Positions 12,390 through 23,613 of a stretch of 64,000 nt of DNA are shown here, piece after piece. Position 1 is the first letter of the stretch. Each line of letters begins with the position of its first letter. The notes beneath the pieces are model-generated. The model was not told where the DNA came from, searched no databases, and was given only the letters and a program-made list of their open reading frames with translations. The position numbers were made by a program, and so were the translations under genes. The DNA lies in assembly GCA_002104905.1 (NCBI GenBank), contig MCFE01000505.1:1362-65361 (forward strand), written 5' to 3'. Source of the stretch: Basidiobolus meristosporus CBS 931.73. Taxonomy: Eukaryota > Fungi > Basidiobolomycota.

Positions 12390-13148
12390 ATCAGCAGTTG
12401 TCGAAGTGCTATTTAAAGAATCGTCAATGAGAGTCGGAACTTGTGTACACAAAAACGAGGCAAGAATCTTACTGGCTATCAAGTGCAGCAATCTCCTCGG
12501 AGGAGCCTTCTTCCATTCTGTAACTAATATATATGCATTAGCTTGGCCTCGGAAAGGGCAGGGCGTTAACGTGAATATACATACCTTTCGTTTTCGTCGA
12601 GTTCGTTGTCAAGGTCGACAGCGTTTCCTCTTAGTCTTCCGGCAACTGTGTGACGCCGTTTATGGCCAATCATGATGTGAATTAATCGAATGTTCTCAAC
12701 AATAACAATTGAGCTAAAACTATAAAGTTGGCTAAGAAACTAAAGGAAGTGCGCAGAGGGCCCGACAATGTGCAGGTATTTTCACCAAAATTAATGCTAT
12801 TGTTTACGGATTATTGACTTGGAACGGATGGATGCTATTGGTGGAAGGAGACTGGTCCATTTGTTTACATTTCTTCGACTACAGTAAATACCCGAAAGTA
12901 AATTGGGTTTTTACTCGACTCCACAGTTTATTCAATCCACATGCACTATCCACTACAAGGACCATAATCAAATTTTGTGTTTAATTATTCAAAATAGACA
13001 AAATTTGCCAGTGAGTAGGTGATATAGGAATGAATTAGATCGGCTGAATTAAGTAAAATAAAATGAGGATGTATTAAATAATGGCTAATGAGGGCCTGAT
13101 GGGTACTAGCCACAACCATGCCCAGGACCGGTATAGAAAATTGAATCC

Positions 13149-14143
13149 TCACGCCCAAGGCTCCAGACAATGTTTAGGGAAGACCCCTTTGACCTTTCCG
13201 CGGGTTTCGTTGATACCTTGGGCCCAACCATCGTTGTACTCGCAAAGTATGGTCACCATATCGCCGGGAAGAACCTCTATCTCATCGCCCAAAGTAGGAG
13301 TATAAGTACTGACCACAAGGAATGGCCCACTTGAATCAGGTGCTTTTTCTGTTGGGACGTAGCCGCTTATCAAACCACTCGAATTGCTTTCCAACGTGGC
13401 GACTTCATTCATCTGAGCTTTGAGCTGGCGAGAAACAGAGCGTTTACGTACTATGAACAACCCTGCCGCCAGGAGGCCTACACAGCCCGCAGATGCTAGA
13501 CCCGCAATAAGCCCCTTAGGGACGCCGTTACTATCAGTCTTGGTTTGGTTGCCTGAAACCTCAACTGCGGCAACTATCGATTCGTTGCCTTTTCCTTGCT
13601 CCAATTTCTTGGCCGCCTTTTTTCCTATTATTTCGTGGTTGTGCTCTGCGATAAATACACGAGTAATCGATCAGCTTGCCAAGATCGTTTAATCAATCGA
13701 AACTGCAAGATATCCTTACCAGCGGAAGTGTCCTTTTGGAGGCCACTACATTGAACAGTCTTATTACCAACATCACATAGGAATTTTTTACTCTTGCTAT
13801 TCTCTGCATAGCACCCATGAACCTTTCCTGACGGTGTATTCGACCAAGGGTTACAGCTCACCGAGTTTCCCTTTTTATCTATACTGGAGGCCGTGGGAAC
13901 GCTATCTACCTTACAGAAGCCTCGAATTTGTTTGTCTTTTCCATGAGGCTTGGCCAATTGGCACCAAGGCCTTCCGGGGGAGTCGACTTCGATGCAGCCA
14001 AGGTACTCCCTCTGCTTGTAGTGGAAGGCAGGCGCACATAGGTTGTATTCTACCTGTGGAAGCTTATCGAAAATTGCATTTTTTTGACCTAATGTCAAGC
14101 TTGTAAATAGCGTAGTGGCAAGTAGGGTTAAAGACAACCGCAT
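13149..14143 (-). CDS. Type I membrane protein: signal peptide, two Cys-rich FN2-like modules, TM helix, cytoplasmic SH3 domain (2 exons)
   Basis: The intron gtaagg...tcgcag (~13698-13647) joins ORF 13628..14143 in frame (TSA-E-HNHEIIGKK) to ORF 13149..13604. TM: GLIAGLASAGCVGLLAAGLFIV-RKR. SH3: VVSTYTPTLGDEIEVLPGD...DGWAQG...GVFP. Confidence 0.85.
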
Positions 14144-14771
14144 GGTAATGTAAACGCTTTAGGGAAAAAGAGTATTAGTGTGGACAGGTTGCTAGGAAAG
14201 AGAAAGTACTGATACAAGACACCGGGAGAGGTGGACTCTTCTGGAGCCAGTCAAGTGAACAGAAAACACCAATGCGGAAAAATGACAAATAAAGTGGTTT
14301 GAAAAGTTGTAGGGGCGAGAAAAGAGGGGGAACGCTAGGTAGAAAGATCATATAACCAGACTGAGGATCTGTTTGCACGTTTTGTCTTAATAATAGAATG
14401 CATGCATTACAACTACCCATTTATATGTAGGGAAATATATTTTGGTACACCGTTTGGGTTACCAAACTCAGCTCCGCGTGTAACAAAGCTCATAAATAGG
14501 GTGTTATTCAAGACGAGGCAATTAACTACTGTAACATTTACATCTACAGCTTAGTCAGAGTGAAGGCAAATCCATGTCATTGTTCGTGGACGCATTGCTT
14601 TGTTTACTTGGCATGTGGTTCTAAGTGTACTCCTGTAACAAAGACAGAAGAAATCCCGGTTTTTATGTACGCTGTGTGCGATCCATCAAGGCTCATCTGC
14701 TTTATGCTAAGCGTAATGCCTATTAATCAATCGCACCCTGCTAATCACAGCTAGTTTTCGATAGCTGCACA

Positions 14772-15176
14772 TTAGCGCATATATGCATATGCACAACATA
14801 AACGGTGACAATAACATTGATGGTTTATTTTAGATGCACATGTGTGTGTTGATTCTTTTGTGGATATTGCATCATAACTAGGGAGCCGCTCACTACTGTA
14901 TGGTGGGACTGGATCTATACTCCACACTGGTTGATATATAATTAACATGGCCGACTCCTCCGACAATTCGTCCTCGCAGTCCTGCCAAGGAAACAGCCTG
15001 ATGGCACACAGGTTAGCAATAGTGAGTCCAAGAAGACATATACTAAACCCTACAAAGGTGGCCACTAGGCCGTGAGATACATCTGGGGGTAGGGTTGGAG
15101 TAATGGGGTAAGGGCTGGCATGGCAGCCATCCAAATAAAAAGGAACCATTATTGAAATAACAAGTCTGAACGACAT
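14772..15176 (-). CDS. Small single-pass membrane protein with PY motifs (possible Rsp5/Nedd4 adaptor or substrate)
   Basis: Signal-like N-terminus, TM GLVATFVGFSICLLGLTIANL, cytosolic VPPY and LPSY motifs. Confidence 0.45.
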   Translation of the reverse strand: MSFRLVISIMVPFYLDGCHASPYPITPTLPPDVSHGLVATFVGFSICLLGLTIANLCAIRLFPWQDCEDELSEESAMLIIYQPVWSIDPVPPYSSERLPSYDAISTKESTHTCASKINHQCYCHRLCCAYAYMR

Positions 15177-15498
15177 ACTAGGCTTTTACGCGACGAAGAG
15201 AAAGCCAGAGAAATATATATTTAACCTGTAACTATGCAAATGAAACAACGTATCTAATGTTATTCCACAACGGAAACAGTTTTGCGTGATGCACAAAGTT
15301 AATCATATTCGCCTAGTAATATTCAAAGCTAAACATGTAGGTAAGCGTAATCACGAAGTTATGAAAAATAACAGCATAGAATATTCGCCCTAAACCCGTT
15401 GGATCTGAGCCAGTCCCCTGTCACGTTTTAAAAATCAGATCTATTAAAGCAAATTAATATTCTGGCGAGTCTTTCTCTCTCGTTCAATAAGGTTCAAC

Positions 15499-15987
15499 AT
15501 GGTACGTCCACTTTAATCATTTTCGAGCCAGCAACCAAGGTGGAATGACGATGGATGGATGAATGGAGCATTAGATTTGGATAAACTGTTAGTTTTGGTT
15601 GTTTGGTTGCTGGTTCCACGTTTTAAAGCGGATGCGCCCAGAACTATCACTTACTTACTCCATCATTTGTAGGCCAAGAAGGACGCCCCTGCCAAGCCCA
15701 GCTCCGGAGGAAAGAAGACTAAGAAGAAGTGGTCCAAGGGAAAGGTCAAGGACAAGGCCAACAACTTGGTTGTCTTCGACCAAGCCACTTTGGACAAGTT
15801 GATGAAGGAAGCTCCTACCTACAAGCTCATCACCACCTCTGTCTTGGTTGACCGCCTTCGTATCAACGGTTCTCTTGCTCGTGTTGCTCTCAGAGAATTG
15901 GAATCCCAAGGTTTGATCCATAAGGTGTCTACCCATGGCTCCCAATTGATCTACACTCGCGCTACTGCTGTCGAAGAAACTGCTTAA
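15499..15987 (+). CDS. RPS25: 40S ribosomal protein S25 (eS25); ATG-only first exon
   Basis: ATG|gtacgt intron (15502-15672), then [36 protein letters not shown]...[13 protein letters not shown]...QLIYTRAT. Confidence 0.95.
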
Positions 15988-16368
15988 TATCCCCAAACCA
16001 TTCATAGACATGCACCAATAAATCGTTCTAGCCCGACATATTTTACCATGATGCCCAGTTGTTACTTTCAATATTGTATGCACATATGCTGAATAAACTA
16101 ATGTACCAGTCATGTTGAGCACTGTATGTCCAATCCGCCATCGTGTTTATCAAGTCGGAAAACTAAACACAACATTAAGTCGACTCACGGGTGGATTTTT
16201 TACAAATCAACGGTAAAAAAATTTATTTAGATGCTTTGGATTTAGTTTTTTTTTTTGGCTCCAATATTTTTCTTGTTAATTCGAAAGCTAATTTCGGTCC
16301 AATATCTAGATATTATTGAGGCCTAAGTGTGAGTCTAGCGTTGACCCGCCATAACACACCCAGTCCAA

Positions 16369-19300
16369 ATGTCTACTACGCTTTCACTCTTCTGGGATCT
16401 TGCTGCTGTTGACGCCAAAACACGTCAAGCTGCAGTAAAAAAGCTAATCATCTCTTTAGTTTCCTTCCAGCAAGCCTTCAGGGATGAGAAGGGAAGTGAG
16501 TACGAGGCCCTTTTGAAAGAGCCTATCACCGAAGAGCGTTTGGACGTTCTCTGTGCTCAGGATGTATCCTACTCTATCAAGCGTTTGATTCGTGGTCTTC
16601 CTAGTTCAAGACAAGGTGCAAGACAAGGCTTTGCTCTGGCTCTGACCGAGGTACTTGAGACACAGTGGCTCCCATGGCTATCTTTCGAGATCCACTCTAA
16701 CTTTATTTTCTTTTGCCCTCGCTAGCTTTTATCGTTCCTTGACTTCATTCCAGTGAAAGTGATTATCGACTTGATTTTTAAGCATTCCGAGATAACCGGT
16801 AGCATGAAGGGCCAAGAGGAGCGTGATATGCTTTTCGGTAGAATTTTTGGTTTCATGGCTATCATTCAGTCCGGAATGCTTTCACGCGACTCAACTGAAC
16901 TTGCTGATACACAAAGACTAGTGGAGAGCTTAGTTGAGTATTCCAACGCTAAAAGTTACTTGAGAGAGCCCTGCTATCAGCTCATCATTGCCATGCTTCC
17001 CCACGTCCAGAGACTCTCTTTCAAGGACGAGCTTCTCAACTACATTCTTTCGGAGGCTCTCAAGGGCGGTGTAAAGACTCCGGAAGAAATCGACCTTGCA
17101 CTTTCTATGCAATCTCAATTCTCCCTTGATTGGCCAGCTTTGTTGCCCCATTGGAAGCATGGTGAAATCTTGCATTCTTCCAATCTTCACAAGCTCGCGC
17201 TTATTTTGAAGGAAACCTCCACTGAAGAGCCTCAATTGTTCTCCAGCTGGCACCCTCACCTTCACTCTGTCTGGAAGAGAATCCTTGGATTGTATCTTGA
17301 TGCTTCCCTCGAGGCACCTGTGACACCAGGCGTGAAGAAAAGCAAGAAGTCGAAGGCTGCTGTTGCTCCCGTTACTAAGCGTGCGCCATTCCCTGAATTC
17401 TGGAAGACTGTTGTTGATGACGGACTCTTCAATGCCAACTCCTCTCACGAACGTAAATACTGGGGATTCTTGGTGTTTGAAGAAGCGCTTCCCCGCCTAC
17501 CTTCATCCCAGATGCCACTGATCTTCACGTCCAATTTCATGAGATGCTTCATCAACAACCTCACTTCCGAAGATAGATTCCTCAACAAGAGCGCCAAGCA
17601 TACAATGAACGTGATCTTGGAAGTTGCGGAAAACAACAAGGATGTCGCTCTCACCTTGGTCATGCAGCTCCAAGGCAAGAATGGTAACCAGCAATTTGAC
17701 AAATTCACCAAGACCAAAACGGTGGAAACCATTCTTGGATCCATGGACAACGAGGGAGTCACTTCCTACATTACGTATCTTAAGAGCGTATTCAACAATG
17801 ACGCCGATTCCTCAGCAGCCGAGGATGATCGCGTGAAAGCTATTGAGGCACAGCGTTTCTGGGCAGTCGATCAGCTGTTCGCCCTAGTTCGCAACACTCG
17901 CATTCCTCGCGAGGAGTCATGGCTTTTGTCGATCCTCCAATTCTTCTTGGTCCATTCGTTCTTCGAGGTCAACAAGGTCAATGCTAAAAGTGCCATCCAA
18001 GAGGCCCGTGTTAAGCCTACACCAGCTGTTTCGGAGGCTACCAGGGAGCTTTGTCAAAAGAGATTCTTCAGTATGTTGGCTGAGTTGAGTCGAATCCCTC
18101 CACTCTCCAAGGTTTCCGAACTCTCCAAAGAGAACAACGCTTCCAGAATAAGCAAGAAACTTCACGGTACCATGAATGATGGTGATTTCTGGGCTTTCAA
18201 AGTTGTCGAATTGTTGTTGAAGCTTGAAAAGGATTCCAATCTCGAGTCACTCTACGAGCTTTCCCCCGAGAGTCTTGAGGCACGTAAGAAGGCTTTGGAC
18301 ACTGTTAAGAAAATCAAAGATCAACTTCGCAAGTTGGAGGCCAAGGGAGACAAGCAAGCCGACTCCCAGTACAAGGCATTCGAGTTGCTCTTCCTATTCC
18401 CTATCTTACAGTTGCTGGTAGAGCCTAAGGAAGCTACCGGTGTGTTGGAGGAATTGCAAGATTGCTACCAAAGAGTATTTGCTCCAAAGAAGCCCAAGTC
18501 TAAGAAGAAGAAGACCGATGAGGATGAGGTTGAACCTGAACCAATTGAAGTCTTGGTCGATATCCTTCTCAGTTTCCTCGCCAAGCCCTCCGTGATGCTT
18601 AGAAATTTGACCGAACAAGTCTTTGAAACCTTCTGTGACAGAATGACCAAGACTGCCTTGGATCTTTTGTTAGACATTCTTGAGACCAAAGAGGACGTCT
18701 CTGGTCAGCAAGAACTCTTTGAAGACGATGAGATGGAAATGGACGAGGATGAGGATGAGGATGACGAGAACGATGATGAGGATGAAGAGGAAGAGGAGGA
18801 GGAGAGTGAGGATGACAGTGACATCGAAGATGCCGTTGATGATAATGAGGAGGTTGATGAGGAGTTGAGAGCCAAATTGGCTGCTGCCTTCGGTCAAAAG
18901 GAAGGAGAATCCGATGACGAAGACGAACTCCTCGGGGACGAAGAGATGGCAGACTTCGATGCCAAGTTGGCCGAGATCTTCAAGCACAAGAAGATGATGA
19001 AGGCCGAAAAGAGAGATGCCAAGCAAAGCGTCATGCACTTCAAGAACAAGATCTTGGATCTGTTGGAAATCTTCATCAAGAAACAAGCTCAAAGCGAGCT
19101 CATTCTTGACTTGGTTATTCCTTTGTTGAGATTCGTCCGTAACTCTACCGCCAACACTGCCAACAAGCAAGCAGGTGAGAAGGCCACTGCCCTCTTGAAG
19201 AATAAGTTGGTGAAGGTCAAGGAAACTCCCAATGTTTCGGACCTCGCCAATGCCTGTGGCATTCTCGAAGAAATCCATCAGTTTGCTCGCAAGGCACCCA

Positions 19301-19953
19301 ACTCTACCATGATGCAGCTCTTCAGTCACTGCAGTCTATTCGTTGTTCGTGCAATCATTGCCGTCGAGGATCAAAAATCCACCGAGAAGGTTGTGGAGAT
19401 TTACAAAGCCTCCCTGAACGATTACATGACCAAGAAATCCAGCAATCTTCAGCCCGCCTTCTTCCTAGACCTTCTCAACCGTTATCCCGCCCTTGGATGG
19501 GAGCTCTTTGAGAGCCTTATTGAGCTTACCAAGCCATCTGTTAGCGCGAAGGGATACAGAGAAGCTCAGGCGTACAACATGCTCTCTACGCTGATCCGTA
19601 GCCACATCAAGGATGGTGAGGAGCTCTTTATCAAATCTCTTCCCAACGTCAAATCGACCATTCTCTCGACCCTCGAATTTGCCGTTAGCGAGGAGAACAA
19701 AGGAAGCAAAACTCTGAATACAGCCCGCCTAAAGGACATCCTCAAATTCACAAACTTGGTGCAACAAACCTCCTCGAAGAAGCTGAAGAACGACCAATTC
19801 AAGAAGACCTGGGGTCCAGTTGCCTTCGAAAAGGTCATCAAGTCGTTAATAGCTGATAAACGCTTTGAGTCCCCAGCAATCCGCACCTTCAGCCAGCAGA
19901 TATTGGTACGTTTGGGGCGCAACGTTGAGTTCTTGAAAAATAGCAAGAATTAG
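16369..19953 (+). CDS. POL5: DNA polymerase phi / MYBBP1A-family rRNA transcription and processing factor (2 exons)
   Basis: YSIKRLIRGLPSSRQGARQGFALALTE, ERDMLFGRIFG, SHERKYWGF, LRCFINNL-like segment, VEVLVDILLSFL-like segment, acidic tract, FDAKLAEIFK. Intron 16651-16725. Confidence 0.92.
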
Positions 19954-20299
19954 ACTGGGCTCTAGATGGGATGGCAAGGGGACCTATGCGCCTATACATA
20001 CTCTTCCCCATTGCTCAGCTGTGTGATTATTGTTCTTAGATTATTTAGAGAGTTTATTTTCCATTGACAGAAGACCAAAGTCCTTTTTTCCTATATTTCT
20101 AGACAAATATATATGCTCATTTCTCTCCAGTAACTTAATCTTTTCATTCTGAATAAACAGAAATCAAAAAACTCGGAGTTTGTACACATACGAGGCTTGC
20201 TTGTTTACTCCATTTTTACTTTACAAAAAGGTGGTCAAATAGTACATAAGCAGGAGTGGTGATGCAATGGGTGTTGCTGCGTGTAGCTGCGGGTTTCCG

Positions 20300-23254
20300 T
20301 CACTTGGTAAGGGTTTTCAGGAAGCCGACAATTTCGCTGAATGAATCTGCTATGGATTTTGGTTGCTCCGCAGGTGGCTGCTCTCCTGTAGCCGCCTTCT
20401 CTAATTCAGCAATGCTGGAGAACTCGTATAGCTCACTTGCAGAACCACCACCGATCATTTCGTTGAATTGCAAGAATTCCTCCAGGATCGATACCAAACT
20501 GTGAACTGAGCATTCAGGCAGTAGACCCACGATAAGCCGCTGATTACTTTGATTCTTCTTCATGAGACATCCAAGAAGAAGTGCTACGTAGGCAACCAAA
20601 ACGTTGTGATCTGTCTGCAGGGCGCAAGAAAGGGTTAGACTCCGCAGGAAATCGTACGGGGGGTTAGCAGTAACGTACCGAGCTTGGGGCACTCTGGATA
20701 CGGACGTAGAACTCTACGAGATACTCCAATGCCGGCTTTTTACCGCAACAGCAGCCCATGGCGAACTTTGCTTGACACACCCTGTTGATGCAAAATTCTA
20801 CGGGAGGCTTAGTCCACGTTCACGAAGCCTGGTTGACCCACTTACCGGCCTCTCTTATAGTATTCTTACACTCAGCATTTGCGTCTACAATGTTGATCAA
20901 AAGCCCAACGGAAAGCAAAGCAACATCGTACTTGAAAGCAGAGAGCGCTTCGTGTAGATCCGTGTTAGTGAAGGGCTCTTCGGTGCTTTGACTGAAGTCG
21001 AGTAATTGCATAATAATATGGACTCCTGGGGCCTCGGATATCAAATATGAGCATTTCTCATGGTCATTGGAAAGGTTTATGAGTAAACGGAGAATGCCGC
21101 TAACAGTGTCCATAGCCTGCGCAACCATCGTAGCGTTTCCTGACGACACAATTCCTTGGAAATACAGGGCCAATATGAGAAGATGTCGGTGGATCTTGCT
21201 GTTTTGGGCGATGACATCTTGATTAGCAGGGCAAAATTGCGAAGAATTTTCAAGGATTCTCAGATAGGGCGTCAGTTCAAAAGCCTTCACGGGATCCAGC
21301 TCTATCTGGCGCACACCCAGGAGTTTTTGCTCCATGGGGTCTAGCTGTTTCTCAACAATATCACAGACAACCTCTAGCAAACCCGACTCCCGAACTCTTT
21401 GTCGAATTCCCTCCTCATGGCGTGTTTTTCCTGAAACAATGGAGAGCAGAGCACGGGCGGCGAGCGACTTGATTGATACCTGTCACGGAGATTAATCTGC
21501 TGTGTCCGCACTAGAATGATGCTTGACTTACAGTGAGAACAACTCTGCAGGAAGCGACGATGTCGCGAAGTTCTTTGATCTAGAAAACATACACAACTCA
21601 GCGATACGCAGCAACCCAAGCAAACCATCACGTGATACCAGTCTTTTTTCCGATTTGGTAGAGCCCCAATCCAACTGCGCTAGCGGATCTGGTTCGGTAG
21701 TCAGGAGGTCTTTCAACAGCTCCATGCAATGGTCTTCGAGAGGTAGAAACTCTAGATTTCGCTTGTCTCGCATTAGAAGACAAAGCATGAGCGCCCTACA
21801 CCCTAGCATGATCTAACCCTCTGGTTAATCATCTGACAAAGACACTAGACATAAGTCCAACGAAGCATACTGGGTCAATCTGGTCACGTAGCAGCTCATA
21901 AATCTTGGGGATACAGTTGTGCGCGCGAAGCTTCATGCTAAAACTTGAGGAGAGCAGTTTGCGTACAAGCTCGAGGCCACTGTAGCAATTGGCGTAAGTT
22001 TGTGGTGCAGATAATATGCAACGTGCTATGCAAACCTGGCTCTTCGAACACTCAATGCTTGCGTGGGATCTAGACCGTCCAACACGTACTCCATTTCATC
22101 GCTAAATCGTTTACTCTCACCGAGTTCTCGTAATTCGTGCTGACTCTTGATGTCAGTGGCGCACTCCTGTGTTGAAAATTGGCGGTGAATCATTTACAAG
22201 ACTGCGAGCAAAGACTGATTCGTTCTTACATCAGCATCATCAACCAAATCCCGCTCCACTGTATCTTCATCCCACCAGCCAACTCCCTCGGTAAAAGTGA
22301 TTGCTCTATCGCTAGATGCAAGTAGCTTCCTAGCGAAGATGGATTTCCTCGGGGTAGCATCCAAGTCGGTTTTTGCTCGAGAGAATGTAGGCGGGGTTGA
22401 GACAGCAGTCTCGGATGTGTCTGGTTTTTTCTGTCGATAGGTGTTTGTTGCTTTCTTTCCCTTTGAGTGACAATGGGTAGTGTCGACGTCTCTGTTTTTT
22501 TCCTTAGGTCCTTCTACTTTGATATCAGCGACACTTGGGATTATGCTCCTACGAACTGTAATCTTGTCAGTGAATATGACTGGTGTCCAGGTGTCTACTT
22601 CAAGGTGGCCATCGTCGGAATCCGAATCATCAGATAGCATTCCTCTTTTTGTTTTCGCTATTGCATGCTCCCCGTCTGTATGCGCTCGTTTGAGGGATTG
22701 GGCAATCTTCAAGGGCTTGGGCGTTGAGCTATGTGAGGGCACCACCTCAGGACTGCCGAGAAAATCTGCAAAAATATCTTCTAGCGAATCCTGCGACTGC
22801 TCGGGTGACTCCGTGTATTCTGAAATGGGAGTTGACCGCTTCTTGGAGAGGCGGGTCTCAGCTTGTTGGGCATTTTTCCGGGGGGTTCTGGTTGGGTTTT
22901 GTAGACTCTTAATATGTTTAGGCTTGCTTAGTGGCGGCACTTTTGGTCTGAATCTTAAATGTGTTATACCTTGCGTTGACGTGGTTTTTTAGTAACATTG
23001 TCTTCTTCACTAGTTCTTGGCATTTGCTTACGCTCTCTAACCCGTCTGATCAAAGAAACATATTCGTTACAAGTTATAGCACTTTTTCGAACTCCATCCT
23101 TGGTTCCCTTCTCGATTTCTTTTACAGAAGACGCTGGATCCCATATATCGGTCTCAGTAGCGGTGGTATTTGTGAAGTTGGAGAAGGATCTTCTATTTTT
23201 TCTTCCAAACCTCACTTTAACCTCCCGGTTTCTCAGGCCAAATTCAGTAGTCAT
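20300..23254 (-). CDS. WAPL: Cohesin release factor WAPL (Wpl1/Rad61), multi-exon
   Basis: IKSQHELRELGESKRFSDEMEYVLDGL, MKLRAH, and C-terminal HNVLVAYVALLLGCL, all WAPL-domain hallmarks. Disordered N-terminus. Confidence 0.85.
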
Positions 23255-23297
23255 CTTCCGGCGACGAAAGACCAGAGGAGAATTTCTCAAACTAAAT

Positions 23298-23311
23298 ACG
23301 CGTATCGCGTA
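23298..23311. promoter_or_regulatory. MCB/E2F-like elements (ACGCGT + TCGCGT) upstream of WAPL
   Basis: acgcgtatcgcgta, 44 nt upstream of the inferred ATG at 23254. Confidence 0.4.
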
Positions 23312-23613
23312 CGCTGTATTTTTGTATACTTACAAAGACTGTTTATTAAACTTCCTTGAGACATAAATGAACCCTTTCCCAAGCCCATTTCGTAAACCTA
23401 GATCTAAGCAAATATTTACCAGCATTCCCTAGGCTGGGATTGTGAGTGTTTATTTTGAATCTATTCAGCATTGTATTCCTCAATAACCTGCTTTGATTCT
23501 GGTTAATCACCAAACGATTTAGCCTGCTTAATTACAAGCAAAGCGCAGCATTGTTGAATTCTATACTGCAACTTCCCTCAAGCCACACATACATACACCC
23601 TCCATTTTACTAC

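Noticed and set aside
15528-15539. 12-nt microexon (ag|CCAGCAACCAAG|gt) in RPS25
   Set aside because: Would need a 26-nt upstream intron, far shorter than the others here, and a weak GTGGAA donor.
15540-15619. Box C/D snoRNA in the RPS25 intron
   Set aside because: Box C has a mismatch and box D reads CTGG, which breaks the kink-turn G-A pair; not supportable.
16210-16272. RRPE-like A/T tracts upstream of POL5
   Set aside because: Do not match the full TGAAAAWTTT consensus and cannot be told apart from generic poly(dA:dT).
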